A stretch of DNA of 64,000 bases from Cyanophora paradoxa CCMP329. Its lineage: Eukaryota; Plantae; Glaucophyta. The DNA lies in assembly GCA_004431415.1 (NCBI GenBank), contig QPMI01000445.1, positions 186,001 through 250,000 on the forward strand, in the 5' to 3' direction. The notes beneath the pieces are model-generated. The model was given only the letters and a program-made list of their open reading frames with translations. It had not been told where the DNA came from and searched no databases. A program made the translations under genes and the position numbers. Positions 25,401 to 34,945 of this stretch are shown here, in pieces (the first letter of the stretch is position 1; the number at the start of each line of letters is the position of its first letter).

Positions 25401-27259
25401 AATTGCTGTAAGACGACAAGAGCTTAACTAATGCAGAGAAATATTGATATGAAAAACGATCGCTCGAACCGAGCCATCTGCACAACCGGAGACAGTTGAT
25501 AAAGCGATTGAGATCGAAGTAAAATAATAGATACATCGCCATACCTTGGGAAGCTTGCGCCTCCATCTTGGGAACCGCGGATACGCAGTCCCGTTTTACC
25601 ATAAGCAGTAGTATTGAGCCGTCGGACGAATCTAGTCCGAGTAATTGTCTCGTTGTTTCGTCGGCTGAGCAATGTTCGGCGTTAGACGCCTTAACTAATT
25701 AACAAGTCCTATTGAAGAGTATTTGCTTGAGTGATCGAATGTACCCGAGATAAGCTGTGCATGAGTGATCCTGAGTATACAAAGAACGATTATCACGATA
25801 GAAAGAGCCGGACCGTGTGGTTGGAAGTACTTGTAGGTGCCATCGTCCGAGTCTTGGACGGCCATACCGAATTTATACGTGGCCCCGCCTGGCCTTTCCA
25901 GTCTTAGGCACCACTGCCGTGGCAACGTTATCGGCTCGTCACAGGTGATCTTGTAATCCTTCACGTGCATATCGGTCATGGGTCAAAATACCTGCGGAGA
26001 AAGGATATATATTAAAATATTGCAAACCTTGGTTGGAATCGTTGCGCCTTGGGTGTTGTTGAAACCGTTGACAACATCCACGCCAAGTTTTATCCCGCAG
26101 GTTCCAATAGTTGTCATGTCAAGCATGCTCTCTGCGTATCATCAATCTTAAGTTTTTTGACTGGGTATGCGATTGACTAGAGGCATTAATATTGCACCAG
26201 GATGACAAGATACTGATGGAGCTTGCCGGCAGTACCCCGGGCAAAATAAGCACTCTTCAGGCTGTCCAGCTGTCGGGAAATATTGGCCCTGGATCCATTG
26301 CTGTCTGAACCGGTACTCGGTGAAAGACGCCTTGAAGTTGTACGAGTCGCTGAGTGCATCATCCTCGGAATCGGGGGTGGCCCCGGCGCCTTTCTTGTAG
26401 ACTCTGGATGAGCGTGAACATTTGCATGCGAATAAACAGGCATGATCATGAACGTTGACAACGTTAGCGGAAAACGGAAGCAGCTGCCGCACGTGAACCA
26501 GACAGCTGTCACGTTGACCGGCGCATTCGTCCTGCGGCTGCAGTACCACCTGCACTGAAGCGAGTTTGCACGATTCAAAGGATCTGAACGCAACGCGTCG
26601 CTGACCATGCGTCTGGAGAATTTTGAAGCAGAGAGCGCGCGCCATTCACGGACACGTAATGTTAGCGCGCATTGCGGAGACAGCTATGATCATGAGTTGA
26701 ATCCGATGTTTCGCACCGTACAGCCCCCGCTTCGTTCCTTGAGCTCCGCTCCCATAATAGGGATAATCCTTGGCTTTCTTGATTTCCCCATCCTTCTGGT
26801 TGACCGAGCCCGTCGGACGCCGGTAGGTCGACAGGAGCACTGCGATACTGTGAACTACAATTCGACGGGCACTGCATTTGCACAACCGGTCGCTCGCACC
26901 CTTCCCTGATTTCGAATCGAGAGGAACGGGGTTTGCGCTCAGCCAAGTGCTACCGTAGTAGTCGGGGTGTCCCGTCGCCCCCACCTCCTGAATCACGACG
27001 CATAGCTATAGTCAGCAGTGGCTCAGCATGCACCATATGCTGACATTTCGAACAGCGCTGGCATGCAATTGCACATGCGCACGCCGAAATCCTGATAGGT
27101 GACCTCCGGCTCCTCGGCCAGCGCAAGTCCGAGAAGCACGGCGGCGCCGATCACAGCCAGCAACGCGGCGACGGACGTCGTTGCCACGAAAGGCTGACCA
27201 GTTCTCCATCGCAGCCGATCGCGGTGCAGGCCTAGGCCGTGACAGGCCGCGGTGTGCAT
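1447..27259 (-). CDS. Giant multi-exon single-pass membrane protein: signal peptide - Cys-containing ectodomain - PKD/REJ-like modules - GAIN/GPS - TM - ~43 FN3 domains
   Basis: Hydrophobic leader at ~27120-27180 (SVAALLAVIGAAVLLGLALA-EE), REJ-type motifs at 19200-21800, and contiguous in-phase GT-AG exons traced by hand from ~17930 through GPS, TM and the FN3 array. Continuity from 27259 to ~18000 is inferred, not fully traced. The stop is at 1488, or at 1447 if a last intron is spliced. Confidence 0.6.
2770..16470 (-). repeat. Coding tandem array of 20 near-identical FN3-pair units (642, ~689 and ~706 bp), each containing one intron
   Basis: Repeated PSNLQL..GTLSW..P.SYQVLKDG..VGTV (FN3-A) plus LTAAP..LSWNRP..Y.VLKNGQQIATV..FTATGLQP..FSVVP (FN3-B). 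Unit anchors at about 3300, 4004, 4693, 5400, 6089, 6795, 7501, 8190, 8895, 9583, 10289, 10978, 11680, 12369, 13071, 13760, 14399, 15041, 15683 and 16345. Three divergent FN3 domains follow at ~1530-2510. Confidence 0.92.
16594..16666 (-). other. Single transmembrane helix-coding segment
   Basis: PYVIPITVAVGATALLAAAGILYY followed by TQRK (basic residues on the C-terminal side). Confidence 0.85.
16751..17700 (-). other. GAIN domain C-terminal part with GPS autoproteolysis motif, encoded by short exons and micro-exons
   Basis: Exons 17398-17353, 17282-17188, 17108-17083, 17002-16993, 16912-16901 and 16840-16751 are all GT-AG flanked and in phase. They splice to LAFVFWNTTKKAWQRCGG...QVWYARAFCDHLTTFTVASIS. 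Upstream exons give ARNPYSS and RNITFEIPFP. Confidence 0.8.
19190..21830 (-). other. PKD/REJ-like ectodomain modules
   Basis: Three modules with an S.S(Y/F)D..Y/F.W pattern (IDGSPSFD..LEYTW; ITGEPSYDP..LTNFW; LSDRSSYDP..FEYTW), plus the REJ C-terminal signature GPPTAGNCTINPAQGSALITKFNV..FTASDPSGEPLTY. Confidence 0.7.
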
Positions 27260-27818
27260 CCGTGAGCGTACGCGCCGCAGCCGACCCGCAGCCGACCCGT
27301 GCTCGCTCCACGCTTGGACTGCGAAGATCGCAGCTGCAGTACTAGTGGACGCACGCGTGCGTGTACGATGATACCTGCTCGCGCGCGCTACATATACGTA
27401 CAGAACGAACTACCTGGTGCGAATTCGAACCCTCAGCCTGAAGGAGTCGATCGACTCACTGAGTCAGTCTCACTGTGAGACTGTCACAGTGTGTGACTCA
27501 CTTGAGTCACAGTGTGAGACTGCTGTGACTCCGTACGAGTCCCGAGTCCCGACTCCCGAGTCCCGAGTCCGTAGTACTACTACTGTCCTACTAGCTATCA
27601 TGTAGACGTTAAGCATGCGCATAAGTATTAAGTAGTCGCCGCAATCTCTGGGCCTCTGGCCCGCAGACTCGGACTCACAGGACTTACTGAGTGACGTCTG
27701 AGTCGACACTGACTCGACAGTGACTCGACACAGAGCAGTCACGCCGCAGCTGCAGTACTACTAGTAGTGTTAGGCGGCACACGGCCCGACAGTGTTAACT
27801 TACAAGCAACTTGGCAAG

Positions 27819-28105
27819 TGCTGTAAAACATGCAATATCCAGCGTGACCGTCGGACTTTATTTCGGCAAAACCGGAAAAATGCACCGAAATTGTACGTGG
27901 TTCTTCGGCATCATATTTTCGGCATGCGCAACACAGCCAGTCCGCCCAGCTGCAGGCGGCGGGTACATTGATCCCTCTTCTGCCATACATCTGCATACTA
28001 GTAATTCTGGCAGTTTCAAATATTCGGTGCCGCGAGGCTATGCCGAATAACGCCGAATATTAAGTGCCGCAGTGCATGCCGCCAGAGATTTTATGTTTTA
28101 CAGTA
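27819..28105. mobile_element. Tc1/mariner-pogo-type MITE (family E)
   Basis: TIRs TGCTGTAAAACAT...ATGTTTTACAGTA; iterated internal TTCGGCA/TGCCGAA motifs arranged inversely; no ORF. Confidence 0.6.
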
Positions 28106-28122
28106 CGTATACAGTATACTAC

Positions 28123-28404
28123 TACCGTAAAACACTTGAGTAATGCGCGCATGCGCACTCCAGTAATGCTGTAATTAATTGATGCGTTTTCTGCAATGAA
28201 AACGCATTAATTTGGTACCGCATAAATTAGCGGCATAAAGGTCCGCATTATTATCAAAACGCTAAGAAACGGCTGTATGTACCCCCCTGCCGCAGCCAAA
28301 AAGCTTCAAAACGCATTAATTTGGTGCCGCGTTAATAGCCATAATAGGGGTCCGGGTCCATAAACGCAGTAATTTCAGGCGCATTACTCAAGTGAAATAC
28401 GGTA
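28123..28404. mobile_element. Pogo/Tc2-type MITE (family A)
   Basis: TA-CCGTAAAACACTTGAGTAATGCG...CGCATTACTCAAGTGAAATACGG-TA TIRs with TA TSD; repeated (T)AATGCG/CGCATTA motifs; homologous inverted copy at 51104-51355. Confidence 0.85.
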
Positions 28405-29020
28405 GTAGTAGTAGTAAGTAAACGTAGTCCGTAATCAACACTATATTTTGGAGATATCTCTAGCCCCATTGGGCCGGGGATTCTACAGACTGATCATGAA
28501 GAAAACAGTTCTCGCCAATGGTATATTGCCACCCCCGGGTATCGATCGAAATTGATGTACCGTTAACGTTCGAATTCACTGTTAACGTTGCCGCCGTTCA
28601 ACTTGCCGGCGGCCGCGGCCGGCCCAGCGCTAGCCTAGTACTAGTAGCCGGCGACTAGCCGCCCCGCCGGGCCGCCGCCCCGCGCGCGGCCCGGCGGCCA
28701 TGGCATGGCCAGCTGCGGCCGGGCCCGCCGGGCCCGGCCCGGCGGCCGCGGGGGCCGCGGCCCGCGGGCCGCGGGTTGTGGGCCCAATTGCAAGTTGTGC
28801 CGCCCAACTTGTGGGCCCACTTGCCAAGTTGCGGGCCAACTTGCAACCGTTGAACTTCGTTGCAACTTGCAATTGCAACTTGCGGGCAAGTTGCGGCGGG
28901 CATGCGCATGCGCATCAGTAAAATCAGTACAAGCAGGGGGGCTCCGCCCCCCCCGCACCCCCCCCGCTTGCTAGCTGGGTACAGACCGTACGTATATGTA
29001 TACAGCTATAAGTCCATGGA

Positions 29021-29290
29021 TTTAAATTGACCAATCACCAAATCGCTCGAGTTTCCGACTGGGGCTTTTGACTCGACTCGCGTAGTAAGCGATTTTGACG
29101 TACCCATCCTGTATTAAATCGACCAATCACCAAATTGCCCGAGTTTCAGACTGAAGCTTTTTGACTCGACTCGCTGTAGTAATATATTGGCATTTTCCGC
29201 CAGCGGAAGGGTCCCACGCTGTGGTAATCGATTGGCATTTTCTGCCAGCGAAAGGGTCCCGCGGCATTTTCTGCCAGCGAAAGGGTCCCA
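29021..29290 (+). repeat. Short tandem duplications (a ~92-bp-period unit x2 containing CCAAT, then a GGCATTTTC.GCCAGCG.AAGGGTCCC unit x3)
   Basis: TTAAAT.GACCAATCACCAAAT...TTTTGACTCGACTCGC at ~29021 and ~29114; the second motif at ~29189, ~29235 and ~29263. Confidence 0.7.
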
Positions 29291-29735
29291 GGGGTACAGT
29301 AAACCATAGTACTACGCGGCCTGGAACCGCTTGTTTTTTTACTACTCAACAAATGAAATGCACAATTACACCATTGGTCGCTGTTTCCAGTGGCATTTTT
29401 TTGCTTCTCCAAGCTCAAACCGGCCGTAGTTTGCAGGTCACAAACGTCAAATTTGGCAGCAAAAGGTAAGTGCCGATTTCCTAGTTTCAAATTCCCAGCC
29501 TGGCCTGGTAGTGTGGTGAAAAGGTACTATAGTTCATTGTACTACTGTTATACGTAAAATCGACGGTATACTAGTACGTACTAGTACGGTACTACGGTAC
29601 TACTAGTAGTACCGTAGTACAGTACTAGTACTACCTAGTAATTTACTACGCGTACGGTATTAGTACTAGTACTGTAAGCGTCGGTAACTAGTAAGGACTC
29701 TACTAAGGAGTCTACTAAGGAGTCGTAGCTATAGT

Positions 29736-30082
29736 TAGGGCACTGGCCGGCGGGTCTAGACCCTTGCACCGGGGCTGGCCCAAAATTTCAAGTCCTTGCA
29801 CCGGGGCTGGCCCTAGCGGCTAGGCGGCTCCAAAATCTCGGCTGGCTTGGCAGCGGCTTGCCAGTTACTATATATGGTACAAGTGGCCAGCGCGGCTTGG
29901 CTGGCTTGGAGCAGCTCGCGCTAACTTCACCAAATCTTCGTTCGCTGGCTCGATTGCGAGCCCAGGGCTTGATGACTTGGAAGGCAAGCCATAGAAAGCC
30001 GGCAAAACCCCTTGGCTGGCAAGCCAGGGTTTCGGCCCCCTGGCCGGCGAGCTAGCCAGCTTGGCCGCCGGCCAGTGCCCTA
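29736..30082. mobile_element. hAT-type MITE
   Basis: Perfect 18-bp TIR TAGGGCACTGGCCGGCGG...CCGCCGGCCAGTGCCCTA. Right flank GTCGTAGT and left flank GTCGTAG[CTATAG]T read as an 8-bp TSD with a later 6-bp insertion. Confidence 0.8.
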
Positions 30083-30158
30083 GTCGTAGTAAGGACTACG
30101 CGTACGGTATTAGTACTAGTACGGTAAGCGTCGGTAACTAAGTACGGTAAGCGTCGGT

Positions 30159-30421
30159 AATACCAGATCGGAAATTAGTGGATCGTAAAACTTCGCCCTC
30201 CCACAGGCGAAGTACTGGAGCCCGAAATTAGTGGATCGTAAAACTTTCAGGCTTGTATGGGGCGGTAATTTTGAGGGGTATACTATGAAGCCGCTTCTCA
30301 TCAGGGAATTAGTGCACGTGGAGCCGGAAATTAGTGGACTGAGTCAAGATTTCAGTCCACTAATTTCCGGCTCCACTAATTTTCAGCGTCCAGTATTTTC
30401 CTGTTACACGCCGTGACGGTA
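30159..30421. mobile_element. Pogo/Tc2-type MITE (family B), left TIR truncated
   Basis: Reverse-complement homolog of 50160-50424; iterated AAATTAGTGGA/TCCACTAATTT motifs; right TIR GTATTTTCCTGTTACACG[CCGTG]ACGGTA. Confidence 0.8.
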
Positions 30422-31066
30422 GTGAACCCGGGAATCGGGCGGCCCCGGGCTCTGGCCCGGGTGGCCCCTGGGCCATGGGCCGGGCCCGGGGGGCCGGGGC
30501 CCGGCCGCCCGGGGGCCGGGGGACCGGGGCCAGGGGGCCCGGCCGGGAGTCCGGGAGTCCACTCCGGCCCACTCCGGCCGGGAGTCGGCCCGGCCGGCGG
30601 CCGGCGCCGGCGCCGCCGGGAGTCTGGGACTCGCCGACTCGGCGAGTCGGGACTCGGGACTCTCCGCCGAGTCTCCGGGACTCGGGACTCGGGACTCGGG
30701 ACTCGGGAGTCGGGAATCGACTCGGGATTCGGGAATTCGCCAAGTCAGATCGGAATCCTTGAATCATTGAATGTGTGATGATTCACTGATCATGACGGAT
30801 CACTGATGATGTGTTGCCGGCGGCCGGCCAATAGCATCACCGATAACTACCGCGAGGCACTAAATTACCGCCGGCCTACCAATTCAAATCAACCGTACCC
30901 CGGAATTACTAAATATTTTGCGGTCTTACATTGTATTACCCGTTCTAGATCTACAGTAATGCCCTCACTGCCCTATCACGGAGGCGAATTCGAAGGGGGA
31001 CGATGCGAAAGAGCGCAAGCGCTAGCAGAGCTCGAGCTAGCTCGAGCTCGAAGCGCTAGGCTGCAC

Positions 31067-31549
31067 TAGTCACTGAGTGCTGGGTTCAGTCAGGGTACCG
31101 GTCCACCTCAAGATTCAGTCAGGCTACCGTGCAAAAACTGAGGAAAATGACCCGGAAATGACCCAGATCTAGATGCGATCCATCTAAGTTCAAGGTTGCG
31201 ATGGCAAGCACAGTGCGCGGGCGGTAGAGGGTGATTATGCGAGCGAAGAATACTGGAGAAACGAATTCGGCCCCGCCAGGTGCACGTGTCAAATGCCGTT
31301 AGCCTCGTTAGCGCGGGCGATTTCTTGACGATTCCGACGACAGAAGAACATTTTTCGGTCGACCCAAGTCAAGCTTCAGATGGGAAAAGCCCACATGTAC
31401 AGGGGGACACGCTTCAGCAGGCTGTTGTATGGGACTGAGAGAACTTCATGATCAGTCGGCCAATTAAATTTGGTGCCTCAGTCGGGTCAGTCAGACCCTC
31501 TGACTTTGACTGACACTGTGTAGTCTGACAGTGACTGAACCCAGCCCTA
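31067..31549. mobile_element. hAT-type MITE
   Basis: TIR core GCTGGGTTCAGTCA...TGACTGAACCCAGCCCTA; 8-bp TSD GGCTGCAC at 31059-31066 and 31550-31557. Confidence 0.8.
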
Positions 31550-32799
31550 GGCTGCACTGCCGCTGCAGATCTAGAGCTACGTACGTAGTACGTACGCGTC
31601 GAACCGTAGCTATAGACTCAGCCTATAGTACGCAGATCTAGATCTAAAGGACCGGCCCGGCGGGGCGGAATATTAATGCTGGACTCCGGGAGAACGGGAC
31701 CGTCCAGACCATACCAGCTGCAGTATGCATGATATGTATAGAAGTGAAGGGCGACGCGGCGGCGGATCCGGATTCCGGACCCGGGAGGGACTGCACTGGG
31801 CCTTGCAGCCTGCAGGAGAGAGGGGCCGTGGAGGCGGAATTCGAATTCAATTATATATATATATATTATTCATGATTCGTTGTTTCCGTCCCGGAGTCCG
31901 AGCTCGAGGCTTGCCTGCGGCGCCTGCGCCCGCGGCCGTGCGCGCATGCACGCCGCCCCATCCGATGATCGTCTCTCTCTCTCCTGCTCTCGAATATTAA
32001 TGCCTTTGCAGACCAGGTCCACGCGCGCTAGCGCTGCATCGACAGCTGGCGGGCAACCCCGCTGTGGACCATCGGACGAGCTGCCCGGAGTGCGGCGCCT
32101 CCTTCGAGCTCGAGACCCCCCCCCCCCCCCCCCCCGCCCCCCCCCCCCCCCCGCCCCCTCCCCTCCCCCCCTTCCCCCTCCTCCTCCGTCCGGAGGGGGC
32201 GGCCGCGGAGGAGGCGTCATCGGCCAAGAAGATCTAGAGGCCGATCGCGAGCAGCTGCAGGTCGGCAATGGTGCCCGCGGGAGGGGGGCGGGGCTGGGCC
32301 CCGGCCGGGCCGGGGCCGCCCCCGGGGGCTCCGCGTTAACTAATCATAAGTCCGGCGGCAGGGGGCCCCGGGCCGGGGCGGTACCGGTTGCGGGGTCCGA
32401 GGCGGCCGCCAGGGTGGCGCCCGAGGCCTGGCGGCGCGGCGCGGGTCCGGAGGGCGGCGGTGACTAGGGAATACTAAGAAACCAAAAGGCGGTTACGGCG
32501 GCTGCGGGGCCGATGCATATGGCTTCGAATTCGCCTATGGAGCCGGCGTAGACATGCGGGATGGGCGCGAGGTCGGGGCCCGTGAGGCCCGTACGCGTGA
32601 CGCCGGCGCCCAGGAGGGCAGAGGCGGTGGCGGCGGGACGCAGGCCTAGGCGTGTGCGGCGTGAGCTTAAGCCTTATAAATTAGGAGTGTTTGTATTTAC
32701 ACGGACGGGACTATCTGCGCGATCGTAATGAAGTCGATCGGGGGGAAATTAAAGATCGGACAGCCAGCTGCAGCTGTCCTAGTCTGAGTCCGATTCGCA

Positions 32800-34801
32800 G
32801 CTGCTGAAGGCCGCCGGGTCGAGGGGGGCCTGTGCATGCACGCAACCTCTCAGTCAGAAGGCCGCGGCGCCGGCACCCCATCGGCCCCTGAAGCTTCGCG
32901 CGCGCAAGTGCACCGCTTCGAGACTCGGGATGGACTTCCGGAGGCGCCTGAGGCGGCGGCGCTCCTCCCGGCGGAGATGTCGCACCCTGGTGGGGTCCCC
33001 CTCGCACCAGGTCCCCAGCTCGCGGAGGTCGGGCAGCGCGGCGCCCACGGCGCGCAGCTCCGCCTTCGTGAGGCGGGGGACGGCGAAGAGGGCGAGGCTG
33101 CGGAGGGCGGAGAAGGGCGCCAGGGCGGGCCCCAGCTCCGTCCACTCGCTCCGGCGCGGCCCCTCCGCCTCGGCGAACGCGAGCGCTGCTGCGCGATTTT
33201 AATTGAGAAATCTATAAATATGCATATATAGGTCTGGCTATAGGACCTAAATGTATGTATCGATTCGCGATCGCCATTAATATTTATATACGCGCCAATA
33301 TTATTATTGGGCGTATACGTATACGTAGAAAGTTTGAATGCGTGCTCTGCGTGTGCACCCTGGGGAGGGGGGCGGGGGCAGAGGCGGAGGGAGAGGGAGC
33401 GGAGGGTGGCCCCGAGGGGCGCGAGGTGCACGAGCAGCGCCGCCACGTAGAAGCGGTTCATGTGCGCCTGCGCGCCCGCGCGCGCGCCGCCGCGACGTCA
33501 GGGCGCATATCCAAGACTAGGGGCTCGCGGGGGATTGCTTGCCCGCTCCTCGTCCTCGCAGGCCTGTACGTAGTGGGCGCATCCTTCCTCACGCGCCGCC
33601 CGCGAGAGGCCGTGCGGGAGCGCGATCTGAAGCGCGAAATGCGCGTTAAGATGCTGAATTTCGAGCTCGAGGGCGCGCGTCAAGAGAAGATATTTAAAAT
33701 GTACGAGTTCATGTAATTTTTTGCGCACGCCGCCGTGGGTGATGGAGATGCTCTCGAGCTCGGGGCCCAAGTGCCGCAGGAAGCGGAGGAAGGGCACCGA
33801 GCGGCCCCAGAACTCGGCGTGGGACTGGGGGTCCGGGCCAGCGCCGCCGCTGGCAGCGGTGCAGCCGATCAAGTCCAGGTCGCGCCCGTACTCCTCCTCG
33901 AGCTCCGAGCGGAGCTCCCAGTAGGCCTCGCCCTCCGAATTCGAGTCCGAGTCGACATCGAACTCTTCCCGCACGATAGTGTCCAGCTCGAATGTCCGCG
34001 CCTGCGTAAGATCGATTTCGCGGAACGGCTTCAGACGCGGACGCGGAGCGTGCACGTGGAAGTCTAGGAGGGGCAATTCTAAGATCGCTTCCGCGAATTA
34101 CATATTATAGCTATAGATCCGAATGCGCCAGCGAGAATTTAGCGAGATTGCGCCAGCGCGACATTCAGCGCTTTAATTTCGGCGCGACATCGAAGTCACT
34201 CGTTTTCGGAATCATGTATAGCCCTAGATCCAGATCCAGATCTAGATCTAGATCTAGATCAAGACCTCAATATTAATTTAGATCGATATCGACGAATCCT
34301 CCCCCATGACGCGCGCGCGGCGCGCCTTCACCGCGCCGTGCTCGATCCGCGCCGCCCACGCCCGCAGAATGCGCTTGGGGTCGGCGATTGGCCACTTCTT
34401 CTCGTCCTCGTGTCGAAGGTCAGCGAGGTGCTTGCGAAAGTAGGGCCATGTCAGCGCGAGCGACTGCCAAGTCCCGTGCTTGCGGACGAGGTCCCGCAGC
34501 CGCCGGCTGACGCCCGCAACAGAGTCGAAGGCGTCGGCGGCCCCGAGGTGCTCGAGCACGAGCCAGAGAACATCGTCTGGCAACGCGTCGAGGGTGAGCT
34601 CGAGGGCGCCAACTGCGGCTGCAGGCGCTATCAAAGTCGGCGAAGAAAACGACAGACATACAACGCGCGCTCACTCTCGTGGCGCGCGCGCTTGCGGCGC
34701 TGGCCATGGGTCGGCGGCACCACGGCCATCGCGGCGGGCGGCGATGAAGATGGGCTCTCGTGCGCCAGCCGGGCCGAGCGTCTCGGCGTCGTCGGTTCCA
34801 T
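32800..34801 (-). CDS. F-box domain protein (multi-exon; 3' end approximate)
   Basis: ATG at 34801 (MEPTTPRRSARL..); F-box motif LDALPDDVLWLVLEHLGAADAFDSVAGVSRRLRDLVRKHGTW at ~34460-34590; further coding-like segments at 34080-33730, ~33460-33380 and 33190-32850. Confidence 0.65.
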
Positions 34802-34945
34802 GCGAATATCGATATATATCGATGCGCGGGTGACGGCCGCGGGCGACGGCCGGCGCTGCTTGCGGCTCTGAATAAGTCGTACCCCTGCCGATCAAGTCAC
34901 CCGATCTCAGCGGCCAGCGAGCGCCCGAACGAGTACGGCGCGCGG

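Noticed and set aside
28930-28975. GC hairpin followed by CTAG, resembling a Helitron 3' end
   Set aside because: It is not followed by the expected T, and no 5' TC end or second copy can be identified in the window.
29310-29513. Possible CACTA-type TIR pair (TACTACGCGGCCTGG / CCTGGCCTGGTAGTG)
   Set aside because: Only about 11 of 15 positions match and there is no clear 3-bp TSD.
31880-32467. 195-aa Pro/Gly-rich ORF across the poly-C tract at ~32115-32190
   Set aside because: Low-complexity sequence with no recognisable domain or convincing start and splice structure; at most a G-quadruplex-prone tract.
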